The notes: generated by a model not told the origin, from the sequence alone. Positions 20,725 through 31,266 are shown, numbered from the stretch's first letter. The stretch: 64,000 nt of DNA from Gammaproteobacteria bacterium (GCA_002684495.1 NYVG01000014.1:40326-104325); one strand, 5' to 3'. Numbers and translations are program-made.

Positions 20725-22104
20725 CTATAGCACAATCGACTCCCACTCAGTAAGCGCACTATCCAATCGACCGACCATATCGTGCATTTCGTCGGTGGTA
20801 ATGGTCAGCGGCGGCGACAGCCAAGACGGAATACCCCGCCGGAATGCGGCTTGTCGTCTAGGCCCGTACAGACTTCCATACATAACTAGTCCATGTTTCA
20901 GGGTAATGGCCGAGTAAAGCTTCTCCGCTTGCAGCGCAGGATCGAAGAACTCCAAAGTCTGTTTGTCCTTAATCAACTCCAAGACCATCATCAGACCCCA
21001 ACCGCGAACGTCTCTAACGGTCGGATGCGCTAGGAGTTTTTCGCGATAAGAAAAGAGCACTTCACTTTGCTTTCTACAGTTTTCCAACAGATTTTCATCA
21101 CGAATAATGTCGATCAATTCAGCGCCTGCCGCGCAGCCTAAAGGATGCCCGCCATTTGTGAATCCATGGATAAAGTGCGTCTCGCCGGCCTCGAAAGGTG
21201 CATTAATCTCCGCTGAGACGGCTACCGCGCCAAATGGGATATAGCTGCTAGCGATGCCCTTAGCCAAGGTCATAATGTCTGGCACGACATCATAGTGATC
21301 CATAGCAAACCACTCTCCCGTTCGGCCGAAGCCGGTGACGACTTCGTCAGTGATCAACAGCACATCATAGCGGTCACAGATCTCGCGTATTGTCTGCCAA
21401 TAACTGGCAGGCGGCACCACCGCATAATCTGCACCGCAACCGTGCGGTGTTGCAAGAAAGGCGGCAACCGATTGAGCGCCTTCATAGTGTATCGCGGTTT
21501 CTAGCGCTTTCGCACACTCAACACCCCACTCCTCTCTGCTAACCTCTGCTGGCCGGTCAAAGTCTGAGTACTGCCGGATGTGCGGCCACTTGGGGATCAT
21601 TGGCATAAACGGTTTGTGCGAACCCGGCGACCCGGAGGCGCCGAGCGTAGCTAATGTCATACCGTGATAGCTGTCGTGAACACTGACGATCTTGTACTTA
21701 TCAGGATTCCCGCGTGAAATCTGCGCCTGACGAGCCACTTTAAAGGCCGTTTCAACCGCTTCTGAACCACCGGACACCAGATAAATATGATCTAAATTTC
21801 CAGGCGTTATCTCAGCCAATTTCTTGCAGAACTTTGCGCGAAGCGGGTCAGCCAGCACTGGATGAGCGTAGGCATATTTGTCTAACTGATCCGCAATCGC
21901 CGCTTTCATACGCGGATGGTTATGGGGCAAATTGACCGCAAATGGCCCTCCAGAGGCATCGAAATAACGATTGTCTTTGTCGTCATAAATGTAAACCCCT
22001 TCAGCTCGCGCAATCTGCACATTCATCGGGTGGTATGAAAAGATGTGGCGATAGTCGCCATCAGGATTTTGATAATCCGGTAAGTTTTGACCTTGCATAC
22101 TCAT
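20725..22104 (-). CDS. Class III PLP-dependent aminotransferase
   Basis: YFDASGG, SGGSEAVE, SYHG, ITDEVVTGFGRTG, TLAKG. Confidence 0.92.
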   Translation of the reverse strand: MSMQGQNLPDYQNPDGDYRHIFSYHPMNVQIARAEGVYIYDDKDNRYFDASGGPFAVNLPHNHPRMKAAIADQLDKYAYAHPVLADPLRAKFCKKLAEITPGNLDHIYLVSGGSEAVETAFKVARQAQISRGNPDKYKIVSVHDSYHGMTLATLGASGSPGSHKPFMPMIPKWPHIRQYSDFDRPAEVSREEWGVECAKALETAIHYEGAQSVAAFLATPHGCGADYAVVPPASYWQTIREICDRYDVLLITDEVVTGFGRTGEWFAMDHYDVVPDIMTLAKGIASSYIPFGAVAVSAEINAPFEAGETHFIHGFTNGGHPLGCAAGAELIDIIRDENLLENCRKQSEVLFSYREKLLAHPTVRDVRGWGLMMVLELIKDKQTLEFFDPALQAEKLYSAITLKHGLVMYGSLYGPRRQAAFRRGIPSWLSPPLTITTDEMHDMVGRLDSALTEWESIVL

Positions 22105-22228
22105 CGCTCACCCCCTTAGGTTATGCCCCAAAATTAGCACTTCAAGCCAATGCTTGTCAGCATATTCCTCACGACGTACGCTACTGTAAGGCGGGCTTAA
22201 ATCAAGCCAGCGGCAGGGGAGCAACACA

Positions 22229-23164
22229 GTGAAGCGGCGCGAACTTCAGACCCGACCTGCGGATACTCCAAGCAATGACCTCGCTGAAATCCTCGAACGC
22301 GACGGCTGTGTGGTACTCGAGGACTTTGTTTCGCAATCTCACCTCGCATCCATCAATCGTGACCTGCAGCCCTTTATCGACGCCACCATGCGCTCGAAAA
22401 ATAACTTTGGTGGATTTAAAACCACACGAACGGGCGCCTTAATGGCGCGTTCTCCAGCGTGTCGAGATTTGGCCATAGAGCCCCGAATACTCGAGCTCGT
22501 AGAAACCTTTCTCGGACCCTACGCCAATACTTTCCAGTTACACGTCACTCAGGCTATTCGCGTGCTGCCCGGCGAGACCGCTCAGATGCCCCACCGCGAT
22601 CGCTGGGCCTGGAGCCAACTTCAGCTTCCGCCAGGAGTTGAACCTAGAGTGAATCCTGTGCTCGCCAAGCTCATGACCGAAATTGAACCCCAACTAAACC
22701 TAATGCTTGCTCTAACCGAGTTTACAGCGGCAAACGGAGCCACTCGCATAGCGCCAGCTTCAACGCGCCTGGCTGACGACGTGCAGGTGCCAGAGGAAGC
22801 CTTTGTTGCCGCCGAAATGAGCCCCGGCTCAATGCTTATTTTTACTGGCTCGGTGTTCCATGGGGCCGGCGCCAACACGAGTCAGGAAGACCGGATAGGA
22901 CTGAATATCGACTATGCGGTTGGCTGGCTGCGCCAGGAAGACAACCAGTATCTCTCGTGCCCTCCGGAGATAGCCAAGGACCTGGATCCAAAGCTTCAGG
23001 AGTTGCTTGGCTATGCTGTGGGTGGTCCCTCCCTCGGCTATTTCACGCCACCCCTGCCCGCAGGTGAAGATTTATGTCCGCCACAACGTGCGCTCGAAGA
23101 CGGCTTACCTACCCCCAAACTTAAACCCGACGGTCAACTGCTGACCGGAATAGAAAAGAATTAA
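22229..23164 (+). CDS. Phytanoyl-CoA dioxygenase (PhyH) family Fe(II)/2OG dioxygenase
   Basis: QMPHRD (HxD), FTAANGATR, FHGAGAN, GWLRQEDNQYL. Confidence 0.9.
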   Translation: MKRRELQTRPADTPSNDLAEILERDGCVVLEDFVSQSHLASINRDLQPFIDATMRSKNNFGGFKTTRTGALMARSPACRDLAIEPRILELVETFLGPYANTFQLHVTQAIRVLPGETAQMPHRDRWAWSQLQLPPGVEPRVNPVLAKLMTEIEPQLNLMLALTEFTAANGATRIAPASTRLADDVQVPEEAFVAAEMSPGSMLIFTGSVFHGAGANTSQEDRIGLNIDYAVGWLRQEDNQYLSCPPEIAKDLDPKLQELLGYAVGGPSLGYFTPPLPAGEDLCPPQRALEDGLPTPKLKPDGQLLTGIEKN

Positions 23165-23184
23165 ACAACCTAAAGGATCAACCC

Positions 23185-24036
23185 ATGAAATTAGACGGCA
23201 AGGTATCGCTCATTTCGGCATGTGGCAGAGGTATCGGTAAAGAAATCGCGTTAACACTGGCGAAAGAAGGGTCTAGTGTGGTTATTAACTCATTCAGCAA
23301 TGAGAACACCCAAGCACTGGCGCGCGAGTTGGAGGACCTAGGGGCAAAGGTGGTCGCGGTCTCAGGCGATATAACAAAATCTTCAATCATCCTTGCAATG
23401 GTTGATGCTGCCATCGATGCCTTCGGCAAGATCGATATTCTTATCAACAATGTCGGCGGGGGCTCGTCCGCCGACATTACAGATAAGGACAACCCGCTTG
23501 CCGAAGTAGAAGCTTTGTGGGACGGGACCTATGCCATGAGCCTGAAAGCTCCGGTGCTCATGTGTGAAGCAGTAATGCCGCATTTCATCGAGAGAAAGTC
23601 GGGCAAGATAATTAACATGTCATCTCTGGCAGGCAGACCTGGTATGCCACACGTGGACCTTGTTCCGTTGTCATCCAGCTACCACAGCGCAAAAGCCGGA
23701 TTGATTCGCTATACCCAACTGCTTGCAGATCAAGTGGGTCGTCATAACATCAATGTGAATGCGATATGCCCCGGAATAATCTACACAGACGGCTGGCGAG
23801 AACTCTCCGAGGCGATGGTCGCGAATCACCCAGACTACAAAGGTGAGAATCCACGCGAATGGTTTTTGGGTGTTGCCCAAGGCAGATATGCGGGTGACGG
23901 TATACCCCAAACTCCGCTGCGGCGGGAGCAAACCACGGCCGACATCGCCGAAGCCGTACTATTTCTAACTTCCGATGCGGCTGCAAACATCACCGGGCAG
24001 ACTCTGAATGTGGACGGCGGTATGGCTAAGGACTGA
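23185..24036 (+). CDS. SDR family oxidoreductase
   Basis: ACGRGIG, INNVG, YHSAK, NVNAICPG, ITGQTLNVDGG. Confidence 0.92.
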   Translation: MKLDGKVSLISACGRGIGKEIALTLAKEGSSVVINSFSNENTQALARELEDLGAKVVAVSGDITKSSIILAMVDAAIDAFGKIDILINNVGGGSSADITDKDNPLAEVEALWDGTYAMSLKAPVLMCEAVMPHFIERKSGKIINMSSLAGRPGMPHVDLVPLSSSYHSAKAGLIRYTQLLADQVGRHNINVNAICPGIIYTDGWRELSEAMVANHPDYKGENPREWFLGVAQGRYAGDGIPQTPLRREQTTADIAEAVLFLTSDAAANITGQTLNVDGGMAKD

Positions 24037-24152
24037 GGAATGCACAATAGCCTTTGAGCATTTAGTTCGTCCATATAACGGTTTCATGGGCCGGGTCTCT
24101 AGGCGCTGAACTAGTATGATCAATTAGCACGGCTCGCTCTCGATCAGTGGGA

Positions 24153-24911
24153 TCACCACGTTTCGGTCCAGGGTCGCAAAACCACCTCGTAGGCCCAGGT
24201 AGAGCGGTGTTGCCGATGCAGTTCCAGATACAGTTGTGCGATGCGCTCAGGATGCGCCATATTGTCATCCACCGTTTCGCCCGCTAAACGGTGCGCTCGC
24301 GAACCATCCTCGTGCTCCCAACCGATCGCCGCATCAATTGGCACGTGCGCAATATGGATTCCCTTCGGCATGAGTTCCCTCGCCATACTTTGCGCCAAAC
24401 CCGATTTACCATGAGAAGCCGCTGCAAAAGCCCCGCTGAGTGGATAGCCTTTTATGGCAGCACTGGCATTCGTAAAAATAATAGATCCGCGATGCTCTAA
24501 GTCGGCGTCTGTTGCGAGCATGCGTTTGGCGGCTTGTTGCGCAACCAAAAAGGCACTGAAGGTTGAATTCTTTAAAGTTTCAAGCACCAAGTGAGGGTCG
24601 ACTTCTGCTATCGGCTTGCGAAACACTTCTGCAGATCTGCCATCAATATTGTGAACCACTAGCCGTGGAGCACCTAACGTCTCATCTACCGTATGAAAAA
24701 GACTTTCGACCGCTAGCGGATCAGCGGCGTCGCACTGAATTAATTTAACATTGAGGTCGTTTTCGAGGCCCTTTAGAACGGGTTTCTCGATATTTCTCGC
24801 GGCTACGACAACACGCATACCATTTTTAGTAAAAAGCCTGGCACAACTTGCGCTAATGCCAGGACCACCGCCCACTACTATTGCAATTTCTTCCTTTACG
24901 ATCGAATTCAC
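24153..24911 (-). CDS. SDR family oxidoreductase (atypical)
   Basis: VGGGPGIS, FTNASA, LAQSMAREL, QHRSTWAYE. Confidence 0.88.
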   Translation of the reverse strand: MNSIVKEEIAIVVGGGPGISASCARLFTKNGMRVVVAARNIEKPVLKGLENDLNVKLIQCDAADPLAVESLFHTVDETLGAPRLVVHNIDGRSAEVFRKPIAEVDPHLVLETLKNSTFSAFLVAQQAAKRMLATDADLEHRGSIIFTNASAAIKGYPLSGAFAAASHGKSGLAQSMARELMPKGIHIAHVPIDAAIGWEHEDGSRAHRLAGETVDDNMAHPERIAQLYLELHRQHRSTWAYEVVLRPWTETW

Positions 24912-25159
24912 AAGATCACCTTAGTCGACACTCCTCACAGCAGTGTAACCGTAATTCTGCCAAGACCGCGAACAATCGGTTCGAGAACTAATCATGCCCA
25001 CTCGGATCATCCAGCGATCGAGCGATTGTTGAAAGTCGAAGTGAAAATTCGACACTCAGTACGCGCGTTCTAGATCTTAATAAAGAGATTCAGCAACAGG
25101 CTTAAATTGCAAAGCCCATACGGTATGCTTGACGGAATAATTTCTGGGGAGAGCTAACT

Positions 25160-26983
25160 ATGGCCACAAATGACAGAGTGATTTCGCCCGAAGTGCTCGG
25201 ATTCGACCCCGACGCGCTTGCCCAACGCTACGCCGCAGAACGCGACAAACGTATCCGCGCAGATGCCGAAGCGCAGTTCGTACAGCTTTCGCACGATTCG
25301 CCCTTTACGAACAAATATCTCGAAGAGGATCCCTACTGCAAACCGCTGGATCGTGCGCCCCTAAAAGACCAGCGCGAGGTCATTGTTATTGGCGGCGGTT
25401 GGGTCGGTATGCTTACTGCGGCGCGGTTGGTTGAGGCGGGCATTGCCGATGTGCGCATCGTCGAGAGCGGCGGTGATTTTGGTGGCACCTGGTATTGGAA
25501 CCGCTACCCTGGCGCACAATGCGATATCGAGTCATACAGCTATCTGCCGCTGCTGGAAGAAACCGGCTATGTGCCAAAGCTGCGATTTTCCTACGCGTCT
25601 GAGATTTACGAGCACGCCCAGAGAATCGGCAGGCATTTCGATCTATATAAGGACGCAGTCTTTCAAACCTGGGTGACCGAGTTACGCTGGCTTGAAGACG
25701 AGTCCATGTGGTTGGTGGCAACCAACCGCGGTGATGAGATGCGCGCCCGCCATGTCTGCCTTGGCACAGGCCCAGCCAATCGGCCGCGTTTGCCCGGCAT
25801 TCCTGGTGTTGAGAAATTCAAAGGTCATTCATTTCACACCTGTCGCTGGGACTACGACTATACCGGAGGCGGTCCAGACGGCGGCCTCACCGGTCTGGCA
25901 GACAAGACCGTTGCCATTATCGGCACCGGCGCCACGGCAGTGCAATGTGTTCCGGCATTAGGTGAGGGCGCGAAGCAGCTCTATGTGTTTCAGCGGACGC
26001 CATCGTCGGTAGATGTGCGCAACAACGCTGAGACTGATCCAGAGTGGGCAAAGAACCTCAAGCCCGGTTGGCAGAAGGAGCGACAGAAGAAATTCGGCGA
26101 GGCATTTTTGGGCGGACCGATCGATCCGGCTTTTGCCGATGACGGCTGGACCCGGCTGACCCGCAATGTGACAGAATTGGCCAGCCACACCGAAGGCAAG
26201 GTGCCTGGCCTTGTGCAGATTGCTGATTTCAAAACCATGGAAGAAATCAGGGGACTGGTTGACGATACCGTACAAGATCCTGAGATCGCCGAGAAACTAA
26301 AGGCCTACTACAACCAGTTCTGCAAGCGCCCCACGTTTAATGACTTTTATCTCGACACGTTCAATCGGCCCAACGTGGAACTGGTTGATGTCAGCGCCAC
26401 ACAGGGCGTCGAGGCGATCACTGAAAACGGCATCATCGCCAACGGCAAGGAGTACGCTGTTGACTGTATTGTTTATGCCAGCGGTTTTGAAATCACCTCC
26501 AGTTATGAGCGGCGTCTCGGCATTCCGATCTTCGGCGCTGGCGGCAAGTCGATCTACGAACATTGGCAAGAAGGCATGCGCACCATGCACGGACTGATGG
26601 TCAGCGGTTTCCCAAACCTATTCCTCTGCGGCGGCGGTTTTGTATTTCAGCTCGGCGCCAACTATGCCCACGGCATCGATGTGCAAGCCGGACACGTGGC
26701 TTATACGATCAGCGAGTTGGGCAAACGCGGTGTCAAAGCTGCAAACGTATCGGTTACAGCAGAGGAGCATTGGATTGCCGATCAACTTGAAACTAAGGGC
26801 GGCGGCTTCGTACTTGGGGGATCGCCCGACACCTGCACACCCGGCTATTACAACCAGGAGGGCACCACTCAGCGTTACCGCAATGTGCGGCGCGAGACCT
26901 ACAGCAAGGGCGTTGGCGCCTACATGAAGTTGCTGCGCCAGTGGCGTGACGATGGCGAATTGGAGGGTCTGGAGTTGAACTAG
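25160..26983 (+). CDS. Type I Baeyer-Villiger monooxygenase (PntE/PtlE-like subgroup)
   Basis: GGGWVG, GGTWYWNRYPG, BVMO fingerprint FKGHSFHTCRWD, IGTGATA, CKRP, CTPGYYN. Confidence 0.92.
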   Translation: MATNDRVISPEVLGFDPDALAQRYAAERDKRIRADAEAQFVQLSHDSPFTNKYLEEDPYCKPLDRAPLKDQREVIVIGGGWVGMLTAARLVEAGIADVRIVESGGDFGGTWYWNRYPGAQCDIESYSYLPLLEETGYVPKLRFSYASEIYEHAQRIGRHFDLYKDAVFQTWVTELRWLEDESMWLVATNRGDEMRARHVCLGTGPANRPRLPGIPGVEKFKGHSFHTCRWDYDYTGGGPDGGLTGLADKTVAIIGTGATAVQCVPALGEGAKQLYVFQRTPSSVDVRNNAETDPEWAKNLKPGWQKERQKKFGEAFLGGPIDPAFADDGWTRLTRNVTELASHTEGKVPGLVQIADFKTMEEIRGLVDDTVQDPEIAEKLKAYYNQFCKRPTFNDFYLDTFNRPNVELVDVSATQGVEAITENGIIANGKEYAVDCIVYASGFEITSSYERRLGIPIFGAGGKSIYEHWQEGMRTMHGLMVSGFPNLFLCGGGFVFQLGANYAHGIDVQAGHVAYTISELGKRGVKAANVSVTAEEHWIADQLETKGGGFVLGGSPDTCTPGYYNQEGTTQRYRNVRRETYSKGVGAYMKLLRQWRDDGELEGLELN

Positions 26984-27162
26984 CAGCGCATAATTCGTTT
27001 TAACTCGTCAGGAAAATAACGAGCCTTGAGGAGTATGCTTGCTCTGATCTCCCAGAGGTTACGAGGTGTTCAGCAGGAACTGGCGGCTAAGAACCTCGTC
27101 AACGCTGTCAAACCGCGTGAGCGGCAACTAGTAAGCAGCTCGATGCGCCTGCTACGAAAGAT

Positions 27163-27184
27163 AGACGCTCATTCAAGAGCGTCT
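27163..27184. terminator. Hairpin between convergent genes, possible terminator
   Basis: AGACGCTC-ATTCAA-GAGCGTCT, 8 bp stem; no clean U-tract. Confidence 0.4.
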
Positions 27185-27242
27185 GCTATGGTTTTGTCAG
27201 AGCCCTACCGATAGGCACCTGCAAGCGAGTAGGAAGGTCTCG

Positions 27243-28742
27243 TTATCGACATATAAAATTTTCCGAACGGTTAGGATCGCCATTGCCGTTGTAGCGAGCT
27301 AGTGCGGGATAAGCGCAGAGCGGACGGGTAAAGTCTTCGTCGGATGCCGCTGGCTGCTGAGAGCGATCAAGTGAGAATTGTTTCATCCCAGTCTTCGCCT
27401 CTATTCTGTCAGGTGCTTCACCGTTCTCGCGCCATATGACCAAGGGGTCCACATAATCTGCTACCCAGGCACCTGGACCAGCAGCACAATGCACCATCCC
27501 GGGAACCATAAAAAGCCGGAAGAATTCCGCGGTCTTTGCCGCACCACCGTGCTGTTCCTCAGCCTCCTCCAAATAGTTTATGGCCCGCTGAGGCCGCAAG
27601 GGATAATCGTTCCAACCCTGATACATAATCAGCTTCCCACCATTCGCCGCAAAGTCTGTCAGATTCGCGGTCTGCACGTCAGTCACAGCCATGGCCGGCA
27701 CCAATTGGGTTCGATCATTGTTGGGATCGAACTTAGTGATATCGAATTCGGGCTCGTGCCGCATCAGGAGAGCAAGCGTATCAGCCATACCCCCAATAAG
27801 AGATTCAGACCCCAAGAGCTGATGCTTCAACATCCAGAACTCCCAGTCGCCCGCCGCCTCCGCTCCGGGTAGCACGCCCGGCGAGACCATTTTCCCAGTC
27901 GCGTCAAACTGGTCGGCATACATGTAGCGCGCCGTGTCGACCTGCCCGGCTGTAAGGCAACTGCTGGTTTGACCGGAGGTGCAGACGAGCTTGTCGAGCT
28001 CAAGTCGCTCCTCAGTGCACAACCGAGGGTCATTAATTACGCCATCCTTTACCCCATCAAGCGAATCGCAGGCTCGCCGAGAATTATCATCCAGCACAGA
28101 CATTTCCTTCCGCGTTAACGGACTCCTCTCCTGCTGTCTAGCACCACCTATCATCCAGGACGCGAATTCTGCGAACTCGAAGGCAGGTGCACCCGCGATG
28201 ATACCGTCATAGTCGTTAGGAAATCGGATCGCTTCCATCAATGCGGCCCGACCGCCGTTGGAGCAGCCGTTAAGATAGCTGTATTTGATGGGCTTGCCGT
28301 AATATTGCTTAACAACAGCTTTACTGAACAGCGTTGCGAGATGAACTCCTCGGTAGGCGTAGTCAATTGTAGCTTCCGGCTGGGACATAAACTCCATGGT
28401 TTGGCCTTCATGGCCGGTGTCAGTAGAGGCCATAGCAAAACCCCGGTTCAGAAGTGATGTGGTGTCGCCAATTGAGCCCGCACCACCTCCAACCGTCGAG
28501 AACATGATACGCCCGTTCCAACCTTGAGTAGGCATCCGAACCTCGACACGTATCGCTCGATTCACAACCCCGCGCAATCGGCAGTGCTCGGGGTTACTCG
28601 CGTCAGCGGAAACCAAGAACCCAGGCTCAACTGCCCAAGAGAGATCTGTCATCTTGTACAGGTTATGGCAGGTCTCATCCGCGACAACTGTTATGGATTG
28701 TGAGATCGCGGCAATTATCAGAAGTATTCGTATGCTTGTCAT
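27243..28742 (-). CDS. Secreted tannase/feruloyl esterase family hydrolase
   Basis: STDTGH, GCSNGGR, DYDGIIAGAPA, DSLDGVKDGVINDP, YQGWND, PGMVHC, RPLCAYP; signal peptide; AAGGA RBS before ATG 28742. Confidence 0.92.
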   Translation of the reverse strand: MTSIRILLIIAAISQSITVVADETCHNLYKMTDLSWAVEPGFLVSADASNPEHCRLRGVVNRAIRVEVRMPTQGWNGRIMFSTVGGGAGSIGDTTSLLNRGFAMASTDTGHEGQTMEFMSQPEATIDYAYRGVHLATLFSKAVVKQYYGKPIKYSYLNGCSNGGRAALMEAIRFPNDYDGIIAGAPAFEFAEFASWMIGGARQQERSPLTRKEMSVLDDNSRRACDSLDGVKDGVINDPRLCTEERLELDKLVCTSGQTSSCLTAGQVDTARYMYADQFDATGKMVSPGVLPGAEAAGDWEFWMLKHQLLGSESLIGGMADTLALLMRHEPEFDITKFDPNNDRTQLVPAMAVTDVQTANLTDFAANGGKLIMYQGWNDYPLRPQRAINYLEEAEEQHGGAAKTAEFFRLFMVPGMVHCAAGPGAWVADYVDPLVIWRENGEAPDRIEAKTGMKQFSLDRSQQPAASDEDFTRPLCAYPALARYNGNGDPNRSENFICR

Positions 28743-28819
28743 TGTCCTTACTGCGTTACAAATGTTGTGCGACTCTCCGAACAATAGCAAAAGATGTATT
28801 CATCAACCACTTGATGCGT

Positions 28820-30088
28820 TTAAAAGAAAACAAAGGATCTAACAACAACGTTTTTCCTGCACCGTGCATCCTCTGGCGCTGTGGGATCAACACATGCCGA
28901 ATGGAAAGACCACCGAGACACAGAGCCATCGGTTACCGAGTCATAACATTTCAGCATTGAGACCTCGTGAGGAGCTTGCTGTGGCAACCAGTACCACTCA
29001 TGCTCGGGACGATAGGTGAAGCGCGTCGTCTCGCCTACTCTGTCGTCATAAACTCTGTAATTGTTGATATACGGTTGATCCGAAAATGAGGGCCACGCGC
29101 ATAGTACGAAAGGATTTTGCTCCACTGTTTCCATCGGTTTAGCCAAATTAATTGACATGAACCTTCTAGACATTCTTTCATCAGCTTGTGCTTGTGTGAA
29201 ATTTTGAGTCCTGCCGAAATTCCTCAAATTCTCCGTTAACAGCTCTCTGCAACGAACCCGGCCGCTATTATCATTTAAATCATTATGGACAAGATTCGCG
29301 TAATTCGCGTTCACACCGGGATTCTTTTTATCCTGATCCTCAGTTCGATCACCTTGGTAATCTTTATCAAAAACATCATGGTTGTAGACTAGAGCGTCTA
29401 CTGCATCCGGAAAGAACTCCAGCAGTAATTTCTCCATCTCCGGGTAAAAAACTCGTCGAACCTCTTGTGAGTCGTAAAAATTCTCGCACTCAGATTGGCA
29501 GTGAGCCAAGGACAATCCCAGCCTATCCATGCACTCTGGGCTCATTGGATCAAGACCCTGGTGATACTCAGAGATTCTTCTAGCATCCCTCAAAATCTGT
29601 GGAAAGTAGAGGCTCCGTCTTGCGTTGTCTCGTTCATCCTTTGCCAGTGCAGCGGCGTCTAGTTTTCGCGAAGGATCTTTCCAAAGAGCGTTTGATGAGA
29701 CTATGGAATACGAGGGGGCTTCGTAAATTGTATACTTCAGCGGTAACGCTACACCGCCCTCCGGTACCGCAAGTTCGGCCGACTCTATATATTTCATACA
29801 TTCCGCATATCTGCCAAAGCCCTTGCCCCACTTGGTTTCGATCGGACCAGACGAGGCATTCTCTATAAATTCGATAACTTCTTGTCCCTCGCCACTGGCA
29901 ATTTGACGTAACGCATCTGCAGTCGCTGCCTCGGTGCCCGCGTCACCGTTTACGTCTCTGGACAGGTAAGACATACCACCATTCGCAGCAATAGGCGCTC
30001 TCTGGCCCGAAGTAATCTGTAATGACGGCAAAAAAGATTCGGATCTGGATGCACCCAGTACGTTTTTATCTTCTTCCAACAAACTCAT
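28820..30088 (-). CDS. CmcJ/NvfI (AsaB-like) family Fe(II)/2OG-type oxidoreductase with N-terminal extension
   Basis: FYPEMEKLL, VHNDL, HEWYWLPQ, LKCYDS, FHSACVDP...RKNVVVRSFVF. Confidence 0.75.
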   Translation of the reverse strand: MSLLEEDKNVLGASRSESFLPSLQITSGQRAPIAANGGMSYLSRDVNGDAGTEAATADALRQIASGEGQEVIEFIENASSGPIETKWGKGFGRYAECMKYIESAELAVPEGGVALPLKYTIYEAPSYSIVSSNALWKDPSRKLDAAALAKDERDNARRSLYFPQILRDARRISEYHQGLDPMSPECMDRLGLSLAHCQSECENFYDSQEVRRVFYPEMEKLLLEFFPDAVDALVYNHDVFDKDYQGDRTEDQDKKNPGVNANYANLVHNDLNDNSGRVRCRELLTENLRNFGRTQNFTQAQADERMSRRFMSINLAKPMETVEQNPFVLCAWPSFSDQPYINNYRVYDDRVGETTRFTYRPEHEWYWLPQQAPHEVSMLKCYDSVTDGSVSRWSFHSACVDPTAPEDARCRKNVVVRSFVFF

Positions 30089-30173
30089 GCTTAGTCTCCT
30101 CAGAAAATCTAAAAAAATTGATTCGCTCTAGAAATAGATCAACGTAAAACCTTAGGCTAATAGATCTGACGAA

Positions 30174-31181
30174 TTAATTTTGGGCGTCCCCACTGGCGAA
30201 AATTGACAGAACCGCCGGCATACCCTCAGCCAAGAGCGTCCAAGTTGCTTCCTCGGAAACAGACCACAGTTCTCCGGTATCGGTACCAACCAGCACTCCG
30301 CCGATTTCATCTGGATTAACGGTTAATCCATGAAAATTGGCGACCGACGGCGAATGGCTTTTATCGCAAAGCGACGTCCAACTGTGACCTTCGTCATCAG
30401 ATCGATACAACATAGCCTGAGCGCCGCCTTGGTCTTTAAAGCTCGAAAAGGCCGTTGGTGCGCTTGCTACAGTTAAGCTAAATGGATGTCTAGGGTCTAT
30501 GCACATCGGCCGAGAATATCTCGGCGTGACTCCTTTCCACATATAGTCCCAACTCTCTCCAAAATCCTCGCTTCTAAAAACGCCAGCATTACCTTCGACC
30601 ATTGCGGCGATTCCATCGAGTCTTCCATATCCGGTAGAAGCGAATAACACCCCCCGCTTGCTCGGATGCGGGAACATCATATGGAGGTCGGGATTACCGC
30701 CCGGCGTGTTAAATCTCCAGCTAGCACCGGCATCATCGCTGTACATAATTCCGCCCACTTCAACACCTACCCAGAGCACATCAGGGTTATCTGCGTCAGT
30801 TACGATCGCCCTAGCTTGGCTAGCCATTGCCGGTTCCACCGGTATGCACCAGCCTTGTTCCTCTACGACTCTCGCGAAAGACTCGAGCTTTTCCCAGTTT
30901 TCACCAGCATCTGTACTTTTGAAAAGTGCTGCCGGATACGTTCCAGCATAAAGAGTGCCATCGATAGCCCGACGAACCTGCCAAACGGTATAGTCGGCCA
31001 TGTCAGGACCTGACCAATGAACACCTAAATCCGAACTGACAAATAAGCCTTGGCTTGTTCCTGCGAAAATGTCCCTTTCTAGCCTGACTATTTCCCGAAC
31101 ACCTTTCGCATTCAAAACTAGGCTCGCTGAGCCGTTTACGATCTCGAATAAACCTTTTGAGGTGCCCGCTAATATTTTCAT
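30174..31181 (-). CDS. BNR/Asp-box beta-propeller protein
   Basis: Repeated Asp boxes: SSDLGVHW, STDAGENW, SDDAGASW, SEDFGESW, SDDEGHSW. Confidence 0.85.
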   Translation of the reverse strand: MKILAGTSKGLFEIVNGSASLVLNAKGVREIVRLERDIFAGTSQGLFVSSDLGVHWSGPDMADYTVWQVRRAIDGTLYAGTYPAALFKSTDAGENWEKLESFARVVEEQGWCIPVEPAMASQARAIVTDADNPDVLWVGVEVGGIMYSDDAGASWRFNTPGGNPDLHMMFPHPSKRGVLFASTGYGRLDGIAAMVEGNAGVFRSEDFGESWDYMWKGVTPRYSRPMCIDPRHPFSLTVASAPTAFSSFKDQGGAQAMLYRSDDEGHSWTSLCDKSHSPSVANFHGLTVNPDEIGGVLVGTDTGELWSVSEEATWTLLAEGMPAVLSIFASGDAQN

Positions 31182-31266
31182 TTCACCCTTCTTAGTTTTT
31201 GCCAAGGCGCCCAGCATTTTCCTTTAGAACCCCAACAGGTCTTACCAAATATATGGTGTAAGCCGC

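Noticed and set aside
27026-27214. 62 aa ORF between the BVMO and tannase genes
   Set aside because: GAGGAG is only 1 nt from the ATG, there are no motifs, and it spans a hairpin.
25160-30088. Natural-product biosynthetic cluster (PntE-like BVMO plus CmcJ-like enzyme)
   Set aside because: No scaffold-forming enzyme (PKS, NRPS, terpene synthase, RiPP machinery) in the window; the context looks catabolic.
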